From a virus (taxonomy: Duplodnaviria; Heunggongvirae; Uroviricota; Caudoviricetes): a stretch of DNA of 21,873 bases. The position numbers and the translations under genes are program-made. The notes under the pieces are model-generated. The model worked only from the letters and a program-made list of their open reading frames with translations. It had not been told where the DNA came from and searched no databases. The stretch spans positions 1-21,873 of the IMG/VR virus record IMGVR_UViG_2529293246_000003. One strand, written 5' to 3'. Shown here one piece after another: positions 1 to 8,742 of this stretch (position 1 is the first letter of the stretch; each line of letters starts with the position of its first letter).

Positions 1-100
1 GGATTTCTGATAACAGAAAGGCCGGGAAATACCCAGCCTCGCTTTGTAACGGAGTAGATGAAAGTGATCGCGCCTACCCGGATATTATCGCGAGGATGCT

Positions 101-781
101 TCATCGCCATTGCTCCCCAAATACAAAACCAATTTCAGCCAGTGCCTCGTCCATTTTTTCGATGAACTCCGGCACCATCTCGTCAAAATTCGCCATGTAC
201 TTTTCATCCCGCTCAACCACGACATAATGCAGGCCTTCACGCTTCATTCGTGGGTCATAGTTGGCAAAGTACCAGGCATCTTTTCGCGTCACCCACATGC
301 TGTACTGCACCTGGGCCATGTAAGCCGACTTTATGGCCTCGAAACCACCGAGCCGGAATTTCATGAAATCCCGGGAGGTAAACGGGCATTTCAGCTCAAG
401 GCCATTGCCGTCACTGCATAAACCATCGGGAGAGCAGGCGGTACGCATACTTTCGTCGCGATAGATGATCGGGGATTCAGTAACATTCACGCCGGAAGTG
501 AATTCAAACAGAGTTCTGGCGTCGTTCTCGTACTGTTTTCCCCATGCCAGCGCCTTAGCATTAACTTCCGGAGCCACACCGGTGCAAACCTCAGCCAGCA
601 GGGTGTGGAAGTAGGACATTTTCATGTCAGGCCACTTTTTTCCGGAGCGGGGTTTTGCTATCACATTGTGAACTTCTGAAGCGGTGATGACGCCGAGCCG
701 TAATTTGTGCCACGCATCATCCCCCTGCTCGACAGCTCTCACGTCGATCCCGGTACGCTGCAGGATAATGTCCGGTGTCAT
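101..781 (-). CDS. exo: lambda-type 5'-3' exonuclease (Red alpha)
   Basis: 226-aa ORF whose translation I recognise as essentially lambda Exo over its full length; its start overlaps the bet stop (778-781). Confidence 0.95.
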   Translation of the reverse strand: MTPDIILQRTGIDVRAVEQGDDAWHKLRLGVITASEVHNVIAKPRSGKKWPDMKMSYFHTLLAEVCTGVAPEVNAKALAWGKQYENDARTLFEFTSGVNVTESPIIYRDESMRTACSPDGLCSDGNGLELKCPFTSRDFMKFRLGGFEAIKSAYMAQVQYSMWVTRKDAWYFANYDPRMKREGLHYVVVERDEKYMANFDEMVPEFIEKMDEALAEIGFVFGEQWR

Positions 782-1563
782 GCTGCCACCTTCTGCTCAG
801 TGGCTTTTTGTTTCAGGAATCCAAGAGCTTTCACTGCTTCGGCCTGTGTCAGTTCTGACGATGCACGAATGTCGCGGCGAAATATCTGGGAACAGAGCGG
901 CAATAAGTCGTCATCCCATGTTTTATCCAGGGCGATCAGCAGAGTGTTAATCTCCTGCATGGTTTCATCGTTAACCGGAGTGATGTCGCGTTCTGGCTGA
1001 CGTTCTGCAGTGTATGCAGTATTTTCGACAATGCGCTCGGCTTCATCCTTGTCATAGATACCAGCAAATCCGAAGGCCAGACGGGCACACTGAATCATGG
1101 CTTTATGCCGTAACATCCGTTTGGGATGCGACTGCCACGGCCCCGTGATTTCTCTGCCTTCGCGAGTTTTGAATGGTTCGCGGCGGCATTCATCCATCCA
1201 TTCGGTAACGCAGATCGGATGATTACGGTCCTTGCGGTAAATCCGGCATGTACAGGATTCATTGTCCTGCTCAAAGTCCATGCCATCAAACTGCTGGTTT
1301 TCATTGATGATGCGGGACCAGCCATCAACGCCCACCACCGGAACGATGCCGTTCTGCTTATCAGGGAAGGCGTAAATTTCTTTCGTCCACGGATTAAGGC
1401 CGTACTGGTTGGCGACGATCAACAATGCGATGAACTGCGCATCGCTGGCATCACCTTTAAATGCCGTCTGGCGAAGAGTGGTGATCAGTTCCTGTGGGTC
1501 GACAGAATCCATGCCGACACGTTCAGCCAGCTTCCCTGCCAGCGTTGCGAGTGCTGTACTCAT
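778..1563 (-). CDS. bet: lambda-type single-strand annealing protein (Red beta)
   Basis: 261-aa ORF, recognisably lambda Bet ([17 protein letters not shown]...); lies between gam and exo as in lambda. Confidence 0.95.
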   Translation of the reverse strand: MSTALATLAGKLAERVGMDSVDPQELITTLRQTAFKGDASDAQFIALLIVANQYGLNPWTKEIYAFPDKQNGIVPVVGVDGWSRIINENQQFDGMDFEQDNESCTCRIYRKDRNHPICVTEWMDECRREPFKTREGREITGPWQSHPKRMLRHKAMIQCARLAFGFAGIYDKDEAERIVENTAYTAERQPERDITPVNDETMQEINTLLIALDKTWDDDLLPLCSQIFRRDIRASSELTQAEAVKALGFLKQKATEQKVAA

Positions 1564-1568
1564 CCGCT

Positions 1569-1865
1569 TTATACCTCTGAATCAATATCAACCTGGTGGT
1601 GAGCAATGGTTTCAACCATGTACCGGATGTGTTCTGCCATACGCTCCTGAAACTCAACATCGTCATCAAATGCACGAGTAATGGCTTTTTTGCTGGCCCC
1701 GTGGCGTTGCAAATGATCGATGCAGAGTGATTCAAACAGGTGCTGTGGAAGACCTTTTTCCATGTCGTCTGCCAGTTCTGCCTCTTTCTCTTCACGGGCG
1801 ATCAGCTGGTAGTGACGTGCCCAGCTCTGAGCCTCAAGACGATCCTGAATGTAATAAGCGTTCAT
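1569..1865 (-). CDS. gam: RecBCD inhibitor Gam (98-aa short form)
   Basis: 98-aa ORF matching the C-terminal 98 residues of lambda Gam ([20 protein letters not shown]...); AGGAG Shine-Dalgarno about 9 nt upstream; no longer in-frame start is available. Confidence 0.9.
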   Translation of the reverse strand: MNAYYIQDRLEAQSWARHYQLIAREEKEAELADDMEKGLPQHLFESLCIDHLQRHGASKKAITRAFDDDVEFQERMAEHIRYMVETIAHHQVDIDSEV

Positions 1866-1940
1866 GGCTGAACTCCTGAAAATGGCTGTGAAAATATCGC
1901 CCGCGAAATGCCAGGCTGATTAGGAAAACAGGAAAGGGGA

Positions 1941-2231
1941 TTAGTGATTCAGGCCGTTACCGCGTCCGTCGAGAAAAACTTCCACGAGCAAATCACGGGT
2001 ATAAGTGCGCTCGATGCCGCGATGCAGATATAGCCGTCCGCGTAAATTAGCTGATGCAGTCCAGGTACCATCTTTGTGTTTGACCAGCATTCCTGGCATG
2101 ACCGCACCTCGATTAACGGTCTGCGTTCCGTAATGTTGATGAACCATAAAAACTCCTGCCCGTAAGCTGGGCTGCTGAACATATAGAGACTTCTGCGCGT
2201 ATTCAGGCGGTGGATGGCCGCCGGTTGTCAT
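1941..2231 (-). CDS. hypothetical protein, first ORF of the early-left operon (kil/N slot)
   Basis: The 136-aa ORF in the track begins with TTG at 2351; an internal ATG at 2231 ([11 protein letters not shown]...) has a GAGG 10 nt upstream and gives 96 aa. No family recognised; a 77-aa ORF in another frame overlaps it, so the frame choice is uncertain. Confidence 0.3.
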   Translation of the reverse strand: MTTGGHPPPEYAQKSLYVQQPSLRAGVFMVHQHYGTQTVNRGAVMPGMLVKHKDGTWTASANLRGRLYLHRGIERTYTRDLLVEVFLDGRGNGLNH

Positions 2232-2351
2232 AACTAAGCCGCCTCGTTGAAGCGACTGAGGTATGAAGTGTTGAGTTGATTTCAGCTGGTCACACCGACG
2301 TTCACGCGTCCGCTTCACCCCTCGCACTCCCCGGAGCCTGCTGAAATTCAA

Positions 2352-2589
2352 GCTGCGGATCTAAGCGGTCATCGCAACGGTGAATCAGGTGATTGCCGTA
2401 TCGTTGTGTTGTTGCGATGAATTCATTTAAAACTATAGTTGTTTTATCGTCAACAACAAAAGTTTTTTTTGTTGGTTGTTTTAGATATAACTGGTTGTAT
2501 TTAAGATGGATTTATTTTGTGACTTGCATCGCATAGCGATAACTGAAGCGAGGTCGTGGTGGTTTTTTGAACGGTGTGTGATGAGGAGA
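2352..2589. promoter_or_regulatory. putative OL/pL-like operator-promoter region
   Basis: AT-rich 240-bp non-coding gap at the head of the minus-strand exo-bet-gam operon; contains several GGTTGT/ACAAC half-site-like motifs (2452-2456, 2473-2478, 2493-2498) resembling the inverted repeat between cI and cro. Confidence 0.35.
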
Positions 2590-2619
2590 AGGCAAAAGAA
2601 ACCCGGCATGGCAGCCGGG
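2590..2619 (-). terminator. factor-independent terminator closing the cI-ORF303 transcription unit
   Basis: Plus-strand CCCGGC(2602-2607)-ATGGCA-GCCGGG(2614-2619); on the minus strand the hairpin is followed by TTTCTTTTGCC, immediately after the ORF303 stop codon (2627-2629). Confidence 0.5.
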
Positions 2620-2626
2620 ATGAGAA

Positions 2627-3538
2627 TTAACGAGCCTTAGGGAGATTTGGGCGCTGCAAATTTTCTAAAACTTCAATAGCCTTAGTATTTTCAATTACTT
2701 TCTGCTGAACTTTATCAGCAAGATAATCTTTGAAACCCTTTGGAATGTATTCTTCTCTTAGCCATCTGCGAAATTCACCTAAAGCCTCTTCCGGATAAAT
2801 ATTGGCAGGAACTTTTCCTGCTTTACTTTGAGGAAACCAATCTGGATATTCATGTGGATATTTTTTCACATCGCCATATTTTTCACTAAGATTGTTTTTC
2901 TTCCAGTGGATTGCCCATCGTCCACCCACACTAATATCAGGTACTGTTTTTGGGCCAAGCTCAAATCCTGCATTGATAAGTGGAACTGTGATATCGACCA
3001 TCTCTCTAAAAACACTGAAGAAACCTGCAGGAATTTTGTCATTAAGCAATATTCGCTCTTGAAAACATTTCCAGGCGCCACTAATTGGATTTCTCGGGTC
3101 AATACCTACACTTTTGTATATATAGTCTCGAAGTGTTTGACGTGCTAATAGGCGGTAATTTTTCCTGGCTATAGTGCTATCAACCTGTGTGGCATCGAAA
3201 GCATAATATTCAAGAATTGCCATGCATACGGCATCTGGATAGGCATGTGTATCACCAAATGCGCCTCCGCCGACAACGGAATATAATTGATCACCTTTAA
3301 AACCATTCTCTGAAAGAAGCTCCGCAATTCTCCTTCCTCTGGGTTTATTCTTTTCTATTGACCAGTTGGTGGTGAGAGGTAAAAGTGTGGTGTGATCGAC
3401 CCCACATAACCTAGATAATCCACGGAGACTCAAAAATGGAGTTCCATCATTGAGAACACCCATTTGTACACCGTTTACTTCAACTTCTTTTACAGGAAAT
3501 AAAGACATTTCTTGTTGGTGGGCGGACTGATGGCTCAT
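2627..3538 (-). CDS. hypothetical protein of unknown function, co-directional with and directly downstream of cI (rexAB-equivalent slot)
   Basis: 303-aa ORF with ATG start and no competing ORF; 71-bp gap to the cI stop with no hairpin; markedly AT-rich compared with flanking genes. No motif assignable by eye; the N-terminal stretch VNGVQMGVLNDGTPFLSLRGLSRLCGV is only faintly reminiscent of KilA-N/Bro-N-type domains. Confidence 0.8.
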   Translation of the reverse strand: MSHQSAHQQEMSLFPVKEVEVNGVQMGVLNDGTPFLSLRGLSRLCGVDHTTLLPLTTNWSIEKNKPRGRRIAELLSENGFKGDQLYSVVGGGAFGDTHAYPDAVCMAILEYYAFDATQVDSTIARKNYRLLARQTLRDYIYKSVGIDPRNPISGAWKCFQERILLNDKIPAGFFSVFREMVDITVPLINAGFELGPKTVPDISVGGRWAIHWKKNNLSEKYGDVKKYPHEYPDWFPQSKAGKVPANIYPEEALGEFRRWLREEYIPKGFKDYLADKVQQKVIENTKAIEVLENLQRPNLPKAR

Positions 3539-3609
3539 GACATTATCTCTTTGATTTTTATTTATTTTAACTGGTGGTTGTTTGTAGGTAAGTCTATCTT
3601 GTGTTTTAG

Positions 3610-4299
3610 CTAACCATGCTTCCTATATGTTTGCGGCATGCTCCCAATAACTTTCCCGAAGATAAACACCCGGTTCATCTCGTCTTTCTCGATCGGGTCC
3701 CACGGTGAGTAGCTCTTGTTATCAGAGATAACCAGCAGCTTATCCTTCATCATTTGCAGGCGCTTTACATGGGCGGTGTCGTCGTACAGAAACGCATAGA
3801 TGCCATCACCGTCGAAAGATTTAACCGTGATATCAACGAACAGCAGATCACCTGGTTCGATCGTTCCTGACATGCTGTCACCGCGTACGTTAATGATGCG
3901 GATATTTTCTGCCTTCCTACCATCGAACATGTGACGAGCATCGTCAAACGAGTACTCAACCGAGCGTAGAACTTCTACAAACTCACGGTTGATGACTCCC
4001 GGCCCGGCACTCACTTCTATATCAAGAACGTCAATCTTAAAGTATTTGGAATGGCTGACAGTTGATGGTATTGGTTGCACTGTACTGTCTGACATATTTC
4101 CAACGCCAGAAGATAACCATTCTGCGCGCACACCCAAAGCGTTCGCGATCTCCACGATTTTAGTTGTTTGGTTAGCTTTCCCTGTTTCGATTTTCTGAAT
4201 AGCAGCTTGGCTAACCCCGACCAAATCCCCAAGCGCCTTTTGTGTAAGGCCTCGCGCTAATCTGGCTTCTTTAAGTCTTTCTGAGAGTGTTGTTTTCAT
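3610..4299 (-). CDS. cI: CI-type prophage repressor (N-terminal HTH, C-terminal LexA/S24 autopeptidase domain)
   Basis: HTH segment LTQKALGDLVGVSQAAIQKIETGK; S24 catalytic Ser in RGDSMSGTIEPGDLL and Lys in HVKRL. Start placed at the internal ATG 4299 (MKTTLSERLKEARL..., 229 aa) because the track's ATG at 4365 runs into the cro promoter; no Shine-Dalgarno is present, consistent with a leaderless PRM-type transcript. Confidence 0.9.
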   Translation of the reverse strand: MKTTLSERLKEARLARGLTQKALGDLVGVSQAAIQKIETGKANQTTKIVEIANALGVRAEWLSSGVGNMSDSTVQPIPSTVSHSKYFKIDVLDIEVSAGPGVINREFVEVLRSVEYSFDDARHMFDGRKAENIRIINVRGDSMSGTIEPGDLLFVDITVKSFDGDGIYAFLYDDTAHVKRLQMMKDKLLVISDNKSYSPWDPIEKDEMNRVFIFGKVIGSMPQTYRKHG

Positions 4300-4403
4300 A
4301 GTCCAAATGTACAACCAAGGTTTTATTCTATCAAACGAAAATGGTTGTTGACTAAAAACAACCATAGTTTTAATCTTGATTCGAATTAACCACGGAGGTT
4401 GTT
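4300..4403. promoter_or_regulatory. OR-like divergent control region (PR/PRM and operators)
   Basis: Inverted repeat ATGGTTGTT(4341-4349)-N7-AACAACCAT(4357-4365); plus-strand -35 TTGACT (4348-4353), 17-bp spacer, -10 TAATCT (4371-4376); GGAGG (4393-4397) ahead of the cro ATG at 4404. Confidence 0.55.
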
Positions 4404-4634
4404 ATGAACCCAGCTATCAAAACAGCGATCAATATCGTTGGTTCACAAAAGAAACTGGGCGCTGCCTGCGAAGTTTCACAGCAGGCCGTCTATAAGTGGC
4501 TTCACAACAAAGCAAAGGTATCCCCTGAACATGTCGGCAGCATTGTTACGGCTACTGGTGGAGTAGTGAAGGCATACCAGATTCGCCCGGATCTTCCGAA
4601 GTTGTTTCCACACACCGAAAAGAACGCAGCTTAA
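4404..4634 (+). CDS. cro: Cro/YdaS-type HTH regulator
   Basis: 76-aa ORF transcribed divergently from cI; HTH-like segment QKKLGAACEVSQQAVYKWL; good Shine-Dalgarno. Confidence 0.8.
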   Translation: MNPAIKTAINIVGSQKKLGAACEVSQQAVYKWLHNKAKVSPEHVGSIVTATGGVVKAYQIRPDLPKLFPHTEKNAA

Positions 4635-4703
4635 ATTTCCATTTCACGCTCTTTAACAATAAGCAATCAACTTAACAGTCAATTCAAACTAAAGGAGTCA
4701 ATT

Positions 4704-5243
4704 ATGCAACCACTTACATACCAACAGACTAGCGGATTTAGCCCGACTGCGGTGATAAATCGTTCTCAAACAAAACAGGTGCCAGGCCACGAAAAAATCC
4801 GTGATGCCGTCCGCGCCTGGTCGGCTGCAGATAATCAGGATGTTGTTGCCGCACTCATTGTGAATGAGTATCGGGAGCAGGGCGGCGGCACCATCGATTT
4901 CCCTGATGATGTCAGCCGTGCACGCCAGAAGCTGTTCCGCTTCCTCGATAACAAATTCGATTCTGAAAAATACCGAAATAACGTGCGTGAACTGACCCCG
5001 GCAATTCTGGCGGTACTACCGCTGGAATATCGCGGTTACCTGGTTGAGCAGGATAGCTTCATGACTCGGTTGGCTGAAATGGAAAAGGAACTCAGTGAGG
5101 CAAAACAGGCTGTCATTCTCAACGCACCACGCCACCAGAAACTGAAGGAGATGAGTGAAGGTATTGTGTCGATGTTTCGTGTGGACCCGGATCTGGCTGG
5201 TCCATTGATGGCGATGGTTACCACCATGTTGGGGGCAATATGA
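4704..5243 (+). CDS. YdaT-family protein (CII-like regulator slot)
   Basis: 179-aa ORF between cro and O, AAGGAG Shine-Dalgarno; the central region (EYREQGGG...LTPAILAVLPLEYRGYL) resembles the Rac prophage YdaT family as I recall it. Confidence 0.65.
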   Translation: MQPLTYQQTSGFSPTAVINRSQTKQVPGHEKIRDAVRAWSAADNQDVVAALIVNEYREQGGGTIDFPDDVSRARQKLFRFLDNKFDSEKYRNNVRELTPAILAVLPLEYRGYLVEQDSFMTRLAEMEKELSEAKQAVILNAPRHQKLKEMSEGIVSMFRVDPDLAGPLMAMVTTMLGAI

Positions 5244-5329
5244 CAGGTTCAAAAATGGCGAAAGTCGGTCTGCGGGAACAGAACCGACTTTCAGGTGCAA
5301 ATCGTAACACACTCATTGCGGGAGGAATT

Positions 5330-6259
5330 ATGGCAAACACTGCTGAGATATTCAATTTTCCTGTGCCGGATGCGGCACAAAAGGAGCCGCGCGTGGCAGA
5401 TCTCGATGATGGTTATACGCGCATTGCAAATGAGTTGCTGGAAGCTGTAATGCTGGCCGGATTAACACAGCACCAGCTTCTGGTCTTCCTGGCTGTCATG
5501 CGCAAAACATATGGCTTTAATAAAAAACTGGATTGGGTGAGCAACGAGCAACTTTCCGAGTTGACCGGGATATTGCCGCACAAGTGTTCTGCTGCAAAAA
5601 GTGCTCTGGTAAAGCGTGGGATTTTTATTCAGAGCGGGCGGAATATAGGCATTAATAATGTGGTCAGTGAATGGTCAACATTACCCGAATCAGGTAAGAA
5701 AAATAAAGTTTACCTGAAAGAGGTAAATTTACCTGAATCAGGTAAGAAAAGTTTACCCAAATCAGGTAAAGGCACTTACCCGAATCAGGTAAACACAAAA
5801 GACAAACTAACAAAAGACAATATAAAACCTTATTCGTCCGAGAATTCTGGCGAATCCTCTGACCTGCCAGAAAACGACCTTCCTGTGGTGAAAGCGGATG
5901 CTGCGATTCAGAGCGGCAGCAAGTGGGGGACAGCAGAAGACCTGACCGCCGCAGAGTGGATGTTTGATATGGTGAAGACCATCGCGCCATCAGCCAGAAA
6001 ACCGAATTTTGCAGGGTGGGCTAACGATATCCGTCTGATGCGTGAACGTGATGGACGTAACCACCGCGACATGTGTGTACTGTTCCGCTGGGCCTGCCAG
6101 GACAACTTCTGGTCCGGTAACGTGCTGAGTCCGGCCAAACTCCGCGACAAGTGGACCCAGCTCGAAATCAACCGGAACAAGCAACAGGCTGGCGTGACAG
6201 CCGGAAAATCAAAACTCGACCTGACAAACACTGACTGGATTTATGGGGTGGATTTATGA
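5330..6259 (+). CDS. O: replication initiator O (lambda O-like)
   Basis: N-terminus MANTAEIFNF...VADLDDGYTRIANELLEA parallels lambda O; GGAGG at 5321-5325 ahead of ATG 5330 (the track's 5240 start is an unsupported extension); iterons lie inside the gene; the stop overlaps the P start. Confidence 0.9.
   Translation: MANTAEIFNFPVPDAAQKEPRVADLDDGYTRIANELLEAVMLAGLTQHQLLVFLAVMRKTYGFNKKLDWVSNEQLSELTGILPHKCSAAKSALVKRGIFIQSGRNIGINNVVSEWSTLPESGKKNKVYLKEVNLPESGKKSLPKSGKGTYPNQVNTKDKLTKDNIKPYSSENSGESSDLPENDLPVVKADAAIQSGSKWGTAEDLTAAEWMFDMVKTIAPSARKPNFAGWANDIRLMRERDGRNHRDMCVLFRWACQDNFWSGNVLSPAKLRDKWTQLEINRNKQQAGVTAGKSKLDLTNTDWIYGVDL
5682..5792. repeat. origin iterons (five copies of a ~16-bp TACCyrAATCAGGTAA unit) followed by an A/T-rich tract
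   Basis: Copies at 5682-5697, 5711-5726 (degenerate), 5730-5745, 5754-5769 and 5777-5792; each has palindromic TTACC...GGTAA ends; A/T-rich tract at 5793-5830. Same layout as ori-lambda inside O. Confidence 0.75.
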
Positions 6260-6957
6260 AAAACATCGCCGCACAGATGGTTAACTTTGACCGTGAGCAG
6301 ATGTGCCGGATCGCCAATAACATGCCGGAACAGTACGACGAAAAGCCGCAGGTACAGCAGGTAGCGCAGATCATCAACGGTGTATTCAGCCAGTTGCTGG
6401 CAACTTTCCCTGCGAGCCTGGCTAACCGTGACCAGAACGAACTGAACGAAATTCGCCGCCAGTGGGTTCTGGCTTTCCGGGAAAACGGGATCACCACAAT
6501 GGAACAGGTTAACGCTGGAATGCGCGTAGCCCGTCGGCAGAATCGACCATTCCTGCCATCACCCGGGCAGTTTGTCGCCTGGTGCCGGGAAGAAGCATCC
6601 GTTACCGCCGGGCTGCCAAACGCCAGCGAGCTGGTTGATATGGTTTACGAGTATTGCCGGAAGCGCGGGCTGTATCCGGATGCAGAGTCTTATCCGTGGA
6701 AATCAAACGCGCACTACTGGCTGGTTACCAACCTGTATCAGAACATGCGGGCCAATGCGTTGACTGACTCGGAATTACGGCGCAAGGCTGCCGATGAACT
6801 TGCCCATATGACTGCGAGAATTAACCGTGGTGAGGCTATACCTGAACCAGTAAAACAACTTCCTGTCATGGGCGGTAGACCTCTAAATCGTGCACAGGCT
6901 CTGGCGAAGATTGCAGAAATCAAAGCTAAGTTCGGACTGAAAGGAGCCAGTGTATGA
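6256..6957 (+). CDS. P: replication protein P (DnaB helicase loader)
   Basis: 233-aa ORF, recognisably lambda P nearly residue for residue (MKNIAAQMVNFDREQM...); ATGA overlap with the O stop. Confidence 0.95.
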   Translation: MKNIAAQMVNFDREQMCRIANNMPEQYDEKPQVQQVAQIINGVFSQLLATFPASLANRDQNELNEIRRQWVLAFRENGITTMEQVNAGMRVARRQNRPFLPSPGQFVAWCREEASVTAGLPNASELVDMVYEYCRKRGLYPDAESYPWKSNAHYWLVTNLYQNMRANALTDSELRRKAADELAHMTARINRGEAIPEPVKQLPVMGGRPLNRAQALAKIAEIKAKFGLKGASV

Positions 6958-7247
6958 CGGGAAAAGAAGCAATTATTCATTACCTGGGGACGCATAAGAG
7001 CTTCTGTGCGCAGGACGTTGCTGCGGTAACAGGCGCAACAGTAACCAGCATAAATCAGGCTGCGGCTAAAATGGCGCGGACAGGAATCTTAGTTATTGAT
7101 GGTAAGGTCTGGCGAACGGTGTATTACCGGTTCGCTACCAGGGAAGAACGGGAAGGAAAGGTGAGCACGAATCTGATTTTCAAGGAGTGTCGCCAGAGTG
7201 CCGCGATGAAGCGGGTGTTGGCATTTTATCGCGGCAATTTTCAATAG
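6954..7247 (+). CDS. ren: Ren protein
   Basis: 97-aa ORF recognisably lambda Ren (MTGKEAIIHYLGTH...); overlaps the P stop. Confidence 0.9.
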   Translation: MTGKEAIIHYLGTHKSFCAQDVAAVTGATVTSINQAAAKMARTGILVIDGKVWRTVYYRFATREEREGKVSTNLIFKECRQSAAMKRVLAFYRGNFQ

Positions 7248-7284
7248 ACTATGTACATAAAAATATCATTTTTTTAATACATGT

Positions 7285-7491
7285 CTAATTATTGGACGAA
7301 ATTGGTTTTTGCTTTGGTTTAGTTAGCCTAGCAATCAAGCCAGAGGCAATAATGATGATCCAAGCAATTTGATGCAATGCTACTCCAATATAAGAACCTT
7401 TATAGATAATAAAGGCATAGATCGCTAGAAACGAAATAAATATCCATAACGAAAGTTGATAAATTTTGGCGCGCATATTTAATCCAATCAA
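7285..7491 (-). CDS. putative small membrane protein (two predicted TM helices)
   Basis: 68-aa ORF (TTG start at 7491, or ATG at 7476 giving 63 aa); very hydrophobic and AT-rich; no convincing Shine-Dalgarno, so it is uncertain. Confidence 0.3.
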   Translation of the reverse strand: MIGLNMRAKIYQLSLWIFISFLAIYAFIIYKGSYIGVALHQIAWIIIIASGLIARLTKPKQKPISSNN

Positions 7492-7732
7492 TCAGAAAGA
7501 CGAGTAATCATAGAGGTACTATCACCCGGGTAACTATTGCTATTATGAACGGATAGGATAGAGGCTTCAATAACATATGCATCAAGTATGATGGAATATG
7601 TAGGTGAAAATGACTTGTGTCAAATTTGTGGAAATGAGTACCATGTTTCTCTGAAATTGATGTCGTTAATGGCTAGTGATAGTGAACTTTTTTACTTTAT
7701 AATTCCTTTGGTTATAACAATAAGGTAAATTT

Positions 7733-8293
7733 ATGAAGAAGATAATATTATTAGCCATGATTATTGGTTCTTTAACAGGTTGCGCTAGTGTGCCACCATT
7801 GAATTTTTCAACACCTAACGTGGGAGTTAGCCAGAAAAAAATAGATGCTGAAATTAAGTCATTAACGGTATCACTTGCTCGTCCAGATGAGCAGAAAGGG
7901 GATATCACTGCTGGTATGGAGGCTATAACTCCAATTTGGCGTGAATCTTTGCAGGAAGCACTCGACCGAATGACTATTTTTCGTGATAGTTCACCAAATA
8001 CGGTTAGCTTAAATGTTAAAGTGTTGGCTCTTGACGTTCCTGCTTTTGGTGTTTCAATGACAACTAAAGCAATTGCAAGGTATGAAATAATCAACCGTGC
8101 GAATGGTGATATTATATATACGCAGGATATTGAGTCTACCGGTACTGTTCCAGCCAGTTACGCATTCTACGGTATTGTTCGAGCACGCGAATCTGTTAAT
8201 CGCGCGGTGCAAAACAACATAACGCAGTTCTTGCAAGCATTAGAAAGTGTTGATCTTTCTCGTCCAATGTTTCCTGTTAGGGTAGCTAAATGA
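7733..8293 (+). CDS. putative lipoprotein, unknown family
   Basis: 186-aa ORF with signal peptide and lipobox (MKKIILLAMIIGSLTG-C); AAGG Shine-Dalgarno; its stop overlaps the next gene's start; AT-rich. Confidence 0.75.
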   Translation: MKKIILLAMIIGSLTGCASVPPLNFSTPNVGVSQKKIDAEIKSLTVSLARPDEQKGDITAGMEAITPIWRESLQEALDRMTIFRDSSPNTVSLNVKVLALDVPAFGVSMTTKAIARYEIINRANGDIIYTQDIESTGTVPASYAFYGIVRARESVNRAVQNNITQFLQALESVDLSRPMFPVRVAK

Positions 8294-8742
8294 AGCGATT
8301 ATTCGTAATTGCTCCACTCTTAGTGTTGGTTGGATGCGCACAAAATATATCGCCAAATAGTTATTCTGTTGGCTCTGTGGGCATGGTTAATCGAACTATC
8401 GCTGGTACAGTTATTAGTGCTAGGGGGGTTGATATCAGTGGGACTTCCGCGTTAGGCGGGACTGCTGGGGCTGCCGTGGGGGCAACCGCTGGTTCTGCGC
8501 TTGGTGGGGGAGTTCGTTCTAATATCGTTGGTGCCGTTGGTGGTGCAGTCATTGGTGGTATTGCCGGGGCAGCAATCGAATCTTCAGCAACAAAACAAAC
8601 AGGCATGGAATATGTTGTCGAAACTGAGAATGGGAATTTAATGACCATTGTTCAAGGCAAAGATCCGTTATTTACTCAAGGAAGTAAGGTCCTTGTTTTA
8701 TACGGAAACCCTTCTCGCATAATAACAGACCCGCGTCACTAA
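8290..8742 (+). CDS. glycine-zipper outer-membrane lipoprotein (SlyB/Pcp-like)
   Basis: 150-aa ORF with lipobox (LVLVG-C) and a GxxxG-rich glycine-zipper segment (GTAGAAVGATAGSALGGGV...GAVGGAVIGGIAGAAIE), overall resembling the E. coli SlyB/Pcp architecture from memory. Confidence 0.8.
   Translation: MKRLFVIAPLLVLVGCAQNISPNSYSVGSVGMVNRTIAGTVISARGVDISGTSALGGTAGAAVGATAGSALGGGVRSNIVGAVGGAVIGGIAGAAIESSATKQTGMEYVVETENGNLMTIVQGKDPLFTQGSKVLVLYGNPSRIITDPRH

Noticed and set aside
1949-2182. 77-aa Cys-rich minus-strand ORF overlapping the 96/136-aa ORF in another frame
   Set aside because: It cannot be separated from the overlapping frame by sequence alone and has no clearer start signals; kept only as an alternative.
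4300-4365. cI start at ATG 4365 (251-aa form)
   Set aside because: It would place coding sequence across the PR -35 region and operator repeat; the canonical repressor N-terminus begins at ATG 4299.
5240-5329. Extended N-terminus of O starting at ATG 5240
   Set aside because: The O-family N-terminus (MANTAEIFNF...) aligns from ATG 5330, which has a GGAGG Shine-Dalgarno; the extension overlaps the YdaT-like gene end and has no counterpart in lambda O.
5682-5792. Iteron array as a possible CRISPR array
   Set aside because: Five short repeats with very short, non-unique spacers inside the O reading frame, with no leader and no cas genes; this is an ori-type iteron set.
8361-8648. 95-aa Pro/Ala-rich minus-strand ORF
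   Set aside because: Mirror image of the Gly-codon-rich glycine-zipper region of the SlyB-like lipoprotein gene; compositional artefact.
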